A DNA stretch of 64,000 nt from Paragordius varius. Lineage: Eukaryota; Animalia; Nematomorpha. Numbering within the stretch: the first letter of the stretch is position 1; each line of letters begins with the position of its first letter. The position numbers and the translations under genes were made by a program. Positions 1 through 22,736 of this stretch are shown here, piece after piece. The notes beneath the pieces were generated by a model. That model did no database searches, was not told the origin of the DNA, and saw only the letters and a list, made by a program, of their open reading frames with translations. The stretch covers positions 4,836,001-4,900,000 of the forward strand of contig OZ176051.1 of NCBI GenBank assembly GCA_964247055.1, written 5' to 3'.

Positions 1-330
1 CATTTTTTGAAAAATATTTTTTTTATGTCAAAATTTAACATATATTTAAAATTTTATCGCGCAATCACTGCCACCCGTTTTAAAAGAGCAAAAAAATTTA
101 TTATTTTCGGAGCCTAATCTAAATATTAAAAACATTTTTCTTATAAGTAGTTTTATAATATAGTGATATTTTTTGGAATCAAGCATTTAGCTTTTAAGAT
201 TTTTTACAATAAAATATGCTCAAATTTTGTCATTTTCTGATATATAGCTCTTAACAAGTGTATAAACTTTCATATATCACACAAATCCAAAGTATGTTCC
301 CTTTTCTATCGGATTATATATGTATTTCAT
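1..330. repeat. Partial arm of a large AT-rich foldback (inverted-repeat) family; other copies near 1.9-2.5, 9.6-10.4 and 63.5-64 kb
   Basis: Shares blocks (cattttttgaaaaata...tcaaaattta.catatat...aaaagagc...aagcattt.gcttt) with 10100-10370 and, in reverse complement, with 63520-63690. Boundaries approximate. Confidence 0.45.
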
Positions 331-567
331 CATGATATTTTTTAGTCTACACTGTGTATATACTGTGTTCAATCTATGGTAAAAAATATTTTAATAAAAT
401 ATATATTCTGGTAGATTAATGTAACAAGATTCTCATGGTGATTTAGATTTTGGGGCTTATGAGTGTTATAGGAAGTTCCACTTTTGTGGTAAATGCTCGA
501 CCTAAAATAGCAAATTTAGCGCTCATTATATTTGGTAATAAATTTCAAGCTAAATTTATTATTTTAA

Positions 568-1729
568 CACTTCGATTCAAATTGGGGTATCTAAATACCC
601 CAGACTAAATTTAAATTAAAATTTTTAAAAAACTACTGAAGGAAACGGTCTCAATTTAAATTTATGCTTCTATCTTGATAAATATTATATAAATATACCA
701 AAATATCTTGATAAAATTTTGTTTTGAAAAAAAAGTTTCATCTCAAACTACTTCGACGCCATTTTTATTTTACAAAAATTTTGCAAAATATCGTCATTTA
801 ATTTTAAGGGTAAAACTAAAGCTTATTTTTTATATAAATTACATCTAACATTGATAGAAATAGAAAAAGCCCTTTATTTTGTATTATTTTTTAATTTTAC
901 AATTTGACACATGTCACGTTGACTAAATTTTTACCTTTCAGTTTTAGCTCAAAACAAGTAAGATCAAGTATTTTTGAATAAATTTTTTTATATATTTCGG
1001 TTTATTAACACTTGGATACAACACACTCATTTTAGTCCTTCGATTCAAATTGAGGTAGTTGGATACCCCAGGCCTGTTTAAAATTAAATGCTTTAAAAAA
1101 TATAGAAGGAATCGATACCATGGCAAAATTTTGCACTTATCTAACATTAATAAACCGAAATGTATAAAAAATTTTATTCAAAAATATCTGATATTATTTA
1201 TTTTAAGCTAAAACCGAAAGGTAAAAATTTCGTCAACGTGACATGTGTCAAATTGTAAAATTGAAAATTATACAAACTAAAGCGCTTTTTCTATTTCTAT
1301 CAATGTTAGATGTAATTTATATAAAAAATTAGCTTTAGTTTTACCCTTAAAATTAAAAAGAAACGATATTTTGCAAAAATTTTGTAAAATAAAAATGGCG
1401 TCGAAGTAGTTTGAGATGGAGCTTTTTTTTCAAAACAAAATTTTATCAAGATGTTTTGGCATATTTATATAATATTTATCAGGTGAGAATATAAATTTAA
1501 ATTTAGACCGTTTCCTTCAGGATTTTTTAAAAATATTAATTTAAATTTATTCTGGGGTATTTAGATACCCCAATTTAAATCGAAGTGTTAATGTTATATA
1601 AGTGCAAAATTTTGCCATGGTTTGGATTACTTCCATACTTTTTAAAGTATTTGATTTTAAACAGGCATGGGGTATCCAACTACCCCAATTTGAATCGAAG
1701 GACTAAAATGAGTGGGTTGTATCCAAGTG
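568..1729 (-). mobile_element. TTAA-targeting (piggyBac-like) MITE, outer copy, interrupted by a second copy of the same family
   Basis: TTAA at 564-567 and 1730-1733; ends CACTT...AAGTG. Removing 1009-1591 gives the reverse complement of the ~575-bp element seen intact at 62811-63382. Confidence 0.85.
1009..1587 (+). mobile_element. TTAA-targeting MITE, inner copy inserted in opposite orientation
   Basis: TTAA at 1005-1008 and 1588-1591; starts CACTTGGATAC, ends ATCGAAGTG; colinear with 62811-63382. Confidence 0.88.
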
Positions 1730-1879
1730 TTAATATCAATAATATATGTTTCAAAAAAGCAAAACGATATTTTTATTGGATACGGACTATGCTAGAAAAG
1801 ATTTTACCCTTTTAAATGGGCTAGTTTTCTTTAAACAAACTCATAAATATCTAGATTTTGTAAGTTTTTTTTAAATATA

Positions 1880-2500
1880 TGGTAGATTATGGCATTAAAA
1901 AAATTTTAAAAATGTATATTTTGCCCAAACTTTAAATTTCAATTTTGGTGAGGTGTTTTTATTATGAGGCATGGTAAAAACGATTAGAAAACACTTTTTC
2001 TATGTAATTCGATGATGTTGAACATTTCATAACCTCAAAATTTTGATTAGAGTATTCATTTAAATTTAAATTTTTATTAATATATTGTTTTTTTACGAAA
2101 ATTCACCTAAAATTAAAAAACTTTAAATATTCTGAAGAGATATAAATTTTCATCATTGAATTATATAGAAAATGTATAATATGCTAGTATAGTTTCTATC
2201 ATGCCTCAAAACACCATAAAACTCGGTTTACCATGTTGTTATAATTCGGAAAAACTTTTTTGATTAGCCTGTATTTAAATTTGACACTCAATCTCATAAC
2301 ATGTTTATATTCTAACCAATCCGATTTTTTTGCGCAGTGTGTGATCAATTAAACAAATTAATAATTTTTTTAAATGCTTCTTATAAAACTAAAGTCAATA
2401 GTAATGTAAATTTTCGAATATGATCACTTCAATATTTGTTTGCTCTTTTAAAATTCACCGAGACAAAAACTTTAAATATCGAGATAATTTTTAATAAAGT
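1880..2500. repeat. Foldback repeat with a central inverted repeat
   Basis: gaggcatggtaaaaacg...ttcgatgatgttgaacattt (~1966-2030) pairs with aaattttcatcattgaa...tatcatgcctc (~2140-2207). Same family at 9785-10060 and 63720-63960. Boundaries approximate. Confidence 0.55.
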
Positions 2501-2545
2501 ATAAACATTAATGACCCTTATTTGAAAGGCCCACATGATTGCAAT

Positions 2546-4447
2546 ATGAATTATATAGACCTCGCCACGGTTGTACCCGATCATCCGCGGGCCGTGTATA
2601 AAACTAGATCTGCGAAAATTTTAAACTATGTCACTAAAATATTTAAATTTAATCAAATGGATTTTCAGTTTGCATTTTGGCAAATAATATATTTATTAAT
2701 ATCACCGCAAAAAGTGTAATGATTTCTTAATTTTTTAGTTTCAGAGATTTTCAATATAGGAAAAGTTTACTTCCTTGATTATAATATTTAGCTACGAAAA
2801 ATCAGTATGCACGAGATGATCCTGCTTTTTTAATTATATTGTTGGGAATGATTTGTGGTATATCTATAATAAAATAATTTTAGTTTCGTCCATCGCATTT
2901 TCGTTAACTTTACGATTAGGTTTTGTCGGACTTCTTAGAGTTATAATATGGAATACATTATTTGATTGCGTATTTGTTGGATCCATAATTTCTACTATAG
3001 CATGGTATACATATTCCCTTAATATCTTAGGTTCTTAATGAATAAATTTATGATTGATGAACGATATAAAAACTCCGATGTAGAATGGGCATACGCATTT
3101 GATGTCCATTTAAATGCACTTCTCCCCTTACTGTTAATTTTGCACTTGATTATGTTACCATTTATATACAGTAACAAATTTTTTAATCTTTAATTTTTTA
3201 GTAATTACATATTCTCCTGATTCGCATATACTCACAATGTTTGGCAATTTGTTTTGGTTAACAGCAATATCCTATTACATATACATAACATTTATTGGAT
3301 ATAACAGTATTTTTGAATTATATTGATTCTATAAATAAAATAGATATTAAAATCTATAGTGGTGGATTTTTAACTGATAAAATAACCGGCGAGACCGCTT
3401 TAAATTCAATCGGTTCTGTCATAATTAGTCTTAAACAAATATTATGTATTGCAGCACTATAGTAAAAAACCAATGTAGTTGTGTTAAAATTTAATAATTA
3501 CTGGGCCTTTAAATAATTATATTTAAGCAGAATTTATCAACATATAAGTTAAATATGTTTGCACCTTTTTTATATGTATATTTATTTATTTGGTTAATAA
3601 AGGTTTTCACACAGTAACGCTCATGAATGCATATATAATCAGTCGAATTTAACCCTATTTTTGAATAAAAAGAATATTAAAATAGATTTTTTTGTCCTAG
3701 ATTTTCTGCAAAAAAATTTGTCCTATACAATTTTATATCAAATGCTTGTAAAAATAATTTTTTTATCTTAATGAAAACCTGATTTAGTTGCTATTTTTTG
3801 TATTTTTAGCATAAAACACATGGTGCGAAAATGGGGTTAATTTATATTTTTTTAAGCTTATAATTATGAGAATTACATGCCGCAGAAGTTTTTACATATG
3901 ATGGCTCACAATTTTTTAAGAAATTAAGTCAAGTCTAAAAAACTGATATTTAATTGAAATTGCATAATCATAATTTTTAAATAAAAAACTAACAAATTTT
4001 AGGAAATAATTTAATTTAAGAAAAATAAATCAATTAGTGGTTTGATAGATGGATTTTTACACCTAAAGAATGATCAATACTTTTCGAATTGAAATTATTT
4101 TATAAAAATAGACAAAAACCGTTATTATTTATTACTAAAACTTAATATGCATCTATTAGCAAAGTAATAAACAAATGGATATTTTTCAAATTTCTACTAT
4201 TCAATTTTATTTAAATCCATATTCACTATTAGCTATTTCGGTATAAATGTAAATGGTATGAAATATTTTGCATCCTGTGTGTTTTATATCCTTATTTTTC
4301 TCCCATTTAGGTTTACCCTACATCGCAAATGCAAAACTGTTGCTTAATTTATTCCCAATCCTTATATTGATGTACATTTTATCCGTAATTTTTACATGGA
4401 ACTTAACTTCAATGTTTGTGCGATTTCACAAATATCGAGCACTATAA
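2546..4447 (+). CDS. unc-50: UNC-50 / Gmh1 family Golgi membrane protein, 7 exons
   Basis: Spliced translation QMDFQFAFWQIIYLLISPQKV-FRDFQYRK-TTKNQYARDDPAF...DVEWAYAFDVHLNA...GNLFWL...YYIYITFIGY-SLPYI...HKYRAL* matches the UNC50 family. GT-AG introns at 2716-2738, 2765-2791, 2858-2883, 3005-3030, 3171-3201 and 3307-4310. Confidence 0.93.
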
Positions 4448-4639
4448 AGCGCTATAATCTTTTCATGTATCCCAAATATTTTAGTCTATGGGAATATTTA
4501 AATATATATGTGTAATCTAAATATTTATGTAAATGAACATACATATTCAACTTATTTATCCTATTTAAATAAGCTGGATAAAAAATGTTTTAATATTTTA
4601 GCCTAATCATTTGAATTTTATTAATTGAATCAGATCACG

Positions 4640-5742
4640 GGTGACCCCGCATTAGGGTAAAAAGTAGTTGGTAAGGGTCAGGATTCCAGATTCGGAGTTT
4701 TGTGGCCACGAAGTAATTCCCGCTATAACTTATGATCTTTACATTGTTCTGTCGTAAGGCTACGTTGATTCAAGTCCATTTTTATATTATCAATATAAGA
4801 AAAGAATGGTATTCTCTTCTTCTTTTGCTATCAACATTAATGTTTTCAACGGTTTTTAAAGGGTGAGCGGCGTCTCTTCTTAAAGTATGATCGTAGAGAC
4901 GCAATTGGATGATATAATCGATTTTATCAGTTTTTTAATGAAAGTTGGTATTTTTCGTGTACGAAAGCAGCTTTTGAGTATTCGGCTCTTACTAATTAGG
5001 AGTTTTGTTTGATTAGTTTTGTTGAAGGCTCTCACTAATTAGGAGTTTTGTTTGATTAGTTTTGTTGAAGGCTCTCACTAATTAGGAGTTTTGTTTGATT
5101 AGTTTTGTTGAATGCCCAACTCCTGCTTTGTAAAGATACCATTTTTTAGTTGTTAACATTTTTGTTTTGTAAAATATATTTTAACTAATTATATTTTATC
5201 CAACCTTGTTGTATTCTTCTTTTAATAGCCTTTTGTAGGCTGCCCTGATATGATATTACATCTCCTAGGTAAACAGAAGAGTATTCGATATTTTAATCAT
5301 CAATGTTATATAACTTTAGTGGATGAAAATTATTATTACTGGGATTCAAACAATTTAAACATCTAAAATTTATAGCATTTGTTAATTTGCCTTTTATGTT
5401 AGAGCACGTGCCACATTTGACATGATATGCATTAAATGGAATTCGAACGCACTTTCTTCCTGCAAAATGAGCAGGGATATCTGTGTGTTTCACTTTCACC
5501 CGTTATCATTATTTTGTTTTTGTCGGGTTTATAATCATTCCATATTGCTCTAGGCATTTTTTCCACTTGGTATAGTTATTTACCAGTTGATCCCATTATC
5601 GTGTCGTTATTACGAGGTCGTCGGCGAATAACATCAAGGGCACTCGGTTCTTATGTCTTGCGTTGCCGCATCCATTATAGTAATGAAGAGGAGTGGGCTT
5701 AGAACTGAACCTTGATGTAGTCCAGCGTTAGTTGGGAAGTTG
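4640..5742 (-). pseudogene. Decayed RTE-clade LINE, 3' part (RT C-terminal half, Cys-rich insert, RTE C-terminus)
   Basis: Minus strand gives NFPTNAGLHQGSVLSPLLF...LFADD, a Cys-rich segment (CSNIKGKLTNAINFRCLNC) and LYDHTLRRDAAHPLK...DNIKMDL. Many stops and frameshifts. Confidence 0.8.
4984..5112. repeat. 43-bp tandem repeat x3 inside the RTE relic
   Basis: Unit ggctctcactaattaggagttttgtttgattagttttgttgaa, three near-identical copies. Confidence 0.9.
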
Positions 5743-6290
5743 ATAATTCCCATTTATAAAAATAAAGGCGATCGACTAAAAACATCGTCCTACAGTCCTC
5801 TGAAACTTCTGGAACATCCACTTAAATTATTTGAAATTATATTTGGGAACAGGTTGAGAAAATATATAAACATAGATTAGAATTAGTTTGCATTCCAACC
5901 AAACAGTAGCACCATAGATGCCTTGTTTGTGCTCAGACGCCTACAAGAAAAATATCTGGGAAAGAAACAAAAGCTATACCATGTTAGACATGGAACGTGC
6001 GTTTGATCAAATACCACGCTCCACAATTCAATGACACTGCGTAAAAACGGAATAGAGGAACATACCATACAAATCATATTACTACTTTATAATACAATTA
6101 ACATTAAAACCAATGTCGGCAATACAAGCAACTTCCCAACTAACGCTGGACTACATCAAGGTTCAGTCCCAAGCCCACTCCTTTTCATTACTATGATGGA
6201 TGCGGCAACACAAGATATAAGAACCGATAGCCCTTGGAAAATGTTATTCGCCGACGACCTCTTAATAACGACATGATCATGGGATTAATT
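5743..6290 (+). pseudogene. Decayed RTE reverse transcriptase N-terminal half, inverted relative to the adjacent 3' part
   Basis: IIPIYKNKGDR...LKLLEHPLKLFE...DMERAFD...LHQGSVPSPLLF...MLFADD on the plus strand, abutting the minus-strand piece at 5742/5743. Confidence 0.8.
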
Positions 6291-6516
6291 TGTAAATTTG
6301 GGTAAAAAAACTCTTGAAAAAATTATTATTTCCTTTTCTTTGGACAAAATCTTGTAGCAGTCAAAAATTTGGATCATTCATTTCTAATAATTTTATTTTT
6401 TTGGTGATTCCAACTAAATTTATTTTTACCGTTTGTAAAAATAATAAAATATTGTAATTATATTTATTAGCAATAACAAACATTAAAATAGAAATATCAT
6501 TTACAATATAAAAACA

Positions 6517-14933
<8,417 letters not shown>

Positions 14934-15147
14934 TTTTTGAAAGTTTTTTTAAAGATTAAAAATAATAAATTTAATGTTGGTAAAAGAGAAATTTTTCAAA
15001 TAAAATATGATAATAATTTATAATTGGTCAAGTATTGTTAACTATAGAATGATAGCGTAAAAATTAAAAACTGATATAATGTTTTATTTTACAATAAACG
15101 CTAAAAAGTATATTTCTCCAATGACCCTAATCAAAACCATCTTTTAT

Positions 15148-15149
15148 GT

Positions 15150-15181
<32 letters not shown>

Positions 15182-15190
15182 ATATATTTA
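15148..15190. repeat. (TA)n microsatellite
   Basis: Direct TA run; similar runs near 42290, 46490, 55600, 56365 and 57400. Confidence 0.9.
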
Positions 15191-16913
15191 TATATTATAA
15201 GTATTGTAATTGAACGAAATTACCAATGTATATAATTATAAAATATTTTATTTTCTAAAGTGCTAGAGCATTTTTGTATGTAGAGCTAGTTAGCTATTAA
15301 CGGGCATTAAAATTTTATTGGGGAATCAATTAGCTGTGTATGAAATAGTTTTAAATGGTGTTACCCCTTAAATGTTTTTTGAGTCATATATTATTTATGC
15401 GATACGTGACTGTTTAATAAATATTACATTACATACTTTTTATCTAAAAATATTTGTCAAAATATATCTATGAAATATAGATTTATTAAATATTTTAATA
15501 GGTAATTTATTAATAAATAGATTTTTATAAAAGTTTATATAGTAGGCTCTTAATCTTGAATATAACCTTTAACCCTATTTGTTTTTAAAAATTATGTTTT
15601 AGTTTATGTAGAAATAGTAGCTTATTTCACACTATAGTTGGGCAATAGGCAACACAGTAGTGTAAAATGCATACAGTATAAAGGTATTAATATCGATTTT
15701 CACAAGTTTTATCTAAGTCTCTAATATTTTGTGTGTCATACGGCCTTTCCTATCAATTAGTCCTTTAATTTTAATGTTTCAAACAATTATTTTTTTTAAT
15801 GAATTTTGAAAATCATTCGTTTTTTAATTTTATTAAATAAACATGTGTTCAACTAATTTTTCTTTGAGTTATTATTACAAACCTTATCAGACTATTGGAA
15901 GTTTGATAATTTACGGTAATAACTGTGTTCGAATACAATCTTATCAACCAAAATTAATTTTAGCATAGTCGAGAATAAAGTTTATACTAAAAACCGTTTT
16001 GATCATTCTTAATTATTAATACTTTACGCCTAAATACTTTAATTCCTAGATAATAAACGTATATAGAAGTTATCAAATTAAAAAAACATTGAAACATAAT
16101 CTATGTTTCATATTTTAAACACTAGATGGAAAAACTCTTGATGGCAATTAATTGAATATTTTTATGACTAAGTGATGAAGGAGGTATTTGATGCAATGAA
16201 AGTAGATGCAAATTTAGGATAAAATTTACAAAAATATAGGTATTATTAGCATTAATCTATTAAAAAGTTCGACACTCTATGAGTTTTTTGCTTTATAATG
16301 GCCCTCCTTTAATACTAACCTAACAATTTTCAGACGAACATGTTATGATAGTTTTAAATGGGTTGTTTAGTGGCCGTTGTTTTTATTGGCAAATGTCTAT
16401 TATCAATTGTTACAAATATAATCTGACATTTTAGTTTTACAAACAGTTATTTTAGTATTAGTACTCTGAATGTAAATGGAAACTATCGAATTTTTCACAA
16501 TTTTTTGGCAAATAAATATTAATCACAAAAGCAGACATAGATAAATTTAGTTTATATCTATAATTAACAATATTATATGCTATTACTAATTTTTTTATCC
16601 GACGAAACTTAGAGAAAGACACGCATTAAATTTAAAAGACTGTAATTTACTTAAACTTGTCAAACATATGTAAAATTTTGCCTTCGAGATAACTTAGATC
16701 TTAGCTTAAGTTGTATGAGTATCTAACGTATAAAACCTTAAAATAATAGAAAGTTAGAATGTCAGAAAATTATTATATTTAAAAAAAGAGATCATGGTAA
16801 AATTTCATTTATTGTTATGTACATGGTTAAGGATAGCAATATTTATATATACAAAACAATACAATTAGTAAATTTATTGACACATAATGCTGAGCGGGTT
16901 ATGACTTGCGGCA

Positions 16914-19811
<2,898 letters not shown>

Positions 19812-19914
19812 TGTGTGATTATTCTAAAATTATTTTTATTGCACCATAAAATTAACAGGCTCCTAAATCAAATCTAACGCTATAACATGCTCAATATGTT
19901 ATAAAACCGCTCAC
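19812..19914. promoter_or_regulatory. Putative compact bidirectional promoter between PRMT1 and the MLH3-like gene
   Basis: Only 103 bp between divergent ATGs (19811 minus, 19915 plus). Positional inference only. Confidence 0.4.
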
Positions 19915-20787
19915 ATGGTAAAAAATGGGACCTCTTTCAAAAAACGAATTACTTTGGAAAAAACTCCATACTACCTAAAAAGCGATGATAAGTTTGTTGA
20001 TTCTCCGATTCTTAAAGTTTTTTTATAAATATTTGAAGTCAATAGGGCAATTCGACAAAAAATTTATATGTTGTATAAACAAGAGTAGTTCATGGTCCAT
20101 TTATATATGTGATCAACATGCGCTTCACGAGAGAATTTTATTTGAAAAGTATCAGAAAGGTTTGTATACATATACAAAAAGAATTTAATTCTTCCGAATC
20201 GCAAAAAATTGAAAATATAGAAATTTCAGTCAATAACCCTGGCTTACAGTACAATGTACTAGTAAATGTAGGACCCAAAAAAATCTAAATGATATGGGTG
20301 TTGGATATTTCTTAAACGATGATAAATTAATTATAAACCGTGTTCCAAAACTTTTATTAGATTTACACACTTATAACATATATGCGACCAAAGATCTTGA
20401 TTCCAAAATGCGTGATCAAATTTCTGAAAAAGTAAACCCATTTTTTAGCTTTCTTCAAAAAATAATTGTTGACGCCACAGTTCAAAAAAATATATATGTT
20501 AGGATATTAATAGTACCCTTAAAGATATTTTAGGGGATTTTGCTTGTTATCGTAATTAATTTTTTTTAAAAGTAGATGCCATAAAGTTTGGGAAAGTATT
20601 AAACATGAAAACATGCCAGAAGTTAATTATCAATCATTCGAAATGTAAATTACCTGGGCAATGTGCCCATGGAAGACCAAGTGTAATCCTAATTTTAACA
20701 GAAAATAATTATAGCGATTTTTTTCCAAAATTGCGCTACATAACAACCGATAGAATAACTAAATTTTGTTATAAATACAATAAATAA
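19915..20787 (+). CDS. MLH3: MLH3-like protein, apparently only the MutL C-terminal endonuclease/dimerization domain (~230-250 aa)
   Basis: IGQFDKKFI; DQHALHERILFE (20111-20146, the DQHA-X2-E-X4-E motif); KNLNDMG; NRVP; LGDFACYHAIKFG; KCKLPGQCAHGRPS (20662-20679). Frames are joined by GT-AG introns 20249-20271, 20480-20502 (or 20432-20502) and 20552-20575. Start (19915 vs 19985) and the intron at 20160 are uncertain. Confidence 0.8.
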
Positions 20788-21190
20788 CAATGTATATATT
20801 TTATAGAAAAAATATTTTTTCCCACCACTGAAAGGAAAAGACTTGTAGTTATCATAAATAGATGGCGCTTTAAAGCAAAGATATGAATAAACTTCAGTTT
20901 TAACATTAATTATTTGTGCTCGGTTACCATTTGGTAAACTTTTAAAAATTTATTTTGTGGTAAAAAATAGTTTTACCACCTATTTTTGCTTCCAAAAATG
21001 TACGATGTTGCATTTATAAACGAAATCGAAATGCATGTAAAGACGTGTTGAATAAAAAGGAGAGACGGTTAGCACTCCCCTAGAAAAGGACGGACAGGGT
21101 CATTAGACCTTAACCACTCAACACACCTCAGCAGTGTGTTTAGGCACATCGTATCAAGCTTAGCACCTTGATACAACAATTTTTTTTATT

Positions 21191-21660
21191 ATATAGTTTC
21201 GTTAGGAATTTTTGATCAAAAAACTGATAAGAAAATATTTTTCTTATATAAAATAATTTTTTAGTGGTAAGCTTAAAATATATAAAGTAGTTTTTGTGGC
21301 TATTTTTTAAGTTATGACAATTGTTGTCTGATTAGAAAATTGATAGATTTAAGCATGTTACAATAAATTTGATGTTTTTATCATTTCGTTAGTTTGATTT
21401 TTTATTAAATTAAATAAATAGTTTCGTTAGGGAATTTTTAAATAAAAACTGATAAGATTATATTTTTCTTATATAAAATAATTTTTTGGTTGTAAGATTA
21501 AAAATATATAATGTAGTTTTTGTGGCTATTAATTGTGACAATTGTCACCTGATTGATATACTTATTAGAGAATGGATAGATCTAAGCTTTTCACAATAAA
21601 TTTGAGTTTTTTTGATTTCGTCAGTTATAATAATTTTTGATTATAAATTAATAAAGTAAA
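21191..21660. repeat. Diverged tandem duplication, two copies of ~230 bp
   Basis: atagtttcgttagg.aatttt...aaaactgataag...tagtttttgtggctatt...caataaatttga occurs at ~21193 and again at ~21418. Confidence 0.8.
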
Positions 21661-22736
21661 TGGTTTTCGCGGACTATTTTTGATAGTTGACGCAATCTTT
21701 ACCCGATTTCTGTTAAAAATAATAATTTTAATCTTTGTTTGCAATATCATATTAAAAGCTTAGAACGGTTTTCAAAATTTTTCTGCAAAAATTTTTAAAA
21801 TGTTAAGTTTAAAAATAGCAATTAATCCGAATTTTTTCGCATTCCAATTTAAATACTGTACTATACCAAGGGATAAATAAAATTGTTTCAAAGGTATTTC
21901 TACCTTGATCTTTTAGTTTTTTTATTTTCTAATAATATTAAAAACTTGGAATGTCCAACAAAAAATCTCGATATTATAATTATTTATACAAGTGCCGTTT
22001 TCATGCATATATAGAAATTATTGTAATTGCAGATATATAAAATTAATACTCCATTCAAGTTCTAATCATTAATCAACAAATAATTTATGGCATTGCTACC
22101 CAATCTTAAAATCCGATGCTTCACATTAAAGCTCATTTTTATATTCAAATATTCGGTCAGATTAAGTTTTAAAAATACTTTTACCTATTAACCTCAATTT
22201 TATATTAATTGTGCGTAATAGTTTTAAATTTAGTAACCATTCTTTTGATTTAACCCTAACACATATATAACTAACGAATAATTGGTTAAAACACTGATAT
22301 TCTATATTTCAGGAAAACATATTTTAAAATGCAACATGTTATTTATTAAGTGAAAGGCGGGAAATAAAGATTTAACATATTAATATGAGAGGTAGAGCAA
22401 ATCGTAATAAACAGTAAAAATTGACATTATACGGACAATGCGTGAAAAATTAAAAGACATATTTTTTTCTTAAAAAAACCATATTTTTTCAACCTTGATT
22501 GTTTAACCTATCGTTTTCTTCGATTGCAAAATAAAAAATAAAGTAGAATGGCAACACCCTCAATTACATACATATTAAAATTATAATTATTTAGTTTATG
22601 TAGTGAATATCAAGGTTTAAAAAATCTTTTTTAAGTTTTCACATTTTATCTGTATATTTTTAATTTTTACTGTAATGGATAACACTAAAAATAAAGCGAT
22701 TAAAAGATTGATATGCAGTCAGGCATGAAAATTATC

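Noticed and set aside
944-1815. ORFs 944-1147 and 1585-1815 (and 62716-62979) with similar 'protein' sequences
   Set aside because: They are readings of the same non-coding MITE end; similarity reflects the repeat, and there are no transposase motifs.
20432-20448. Possible 17-nt intron gtaaacccattttttag
   Set aside because: Removing it breaks the frame needed to reach the downstream motifs; donors at 20432 or 20480 with the 20502 acceptor fit.
20860-20867. AGATGGCG YY1-like promoter motif
   Set aside because: A single short match downstream of a gene 3' end with no adjacent start; chance or repeat origin is not excluded.
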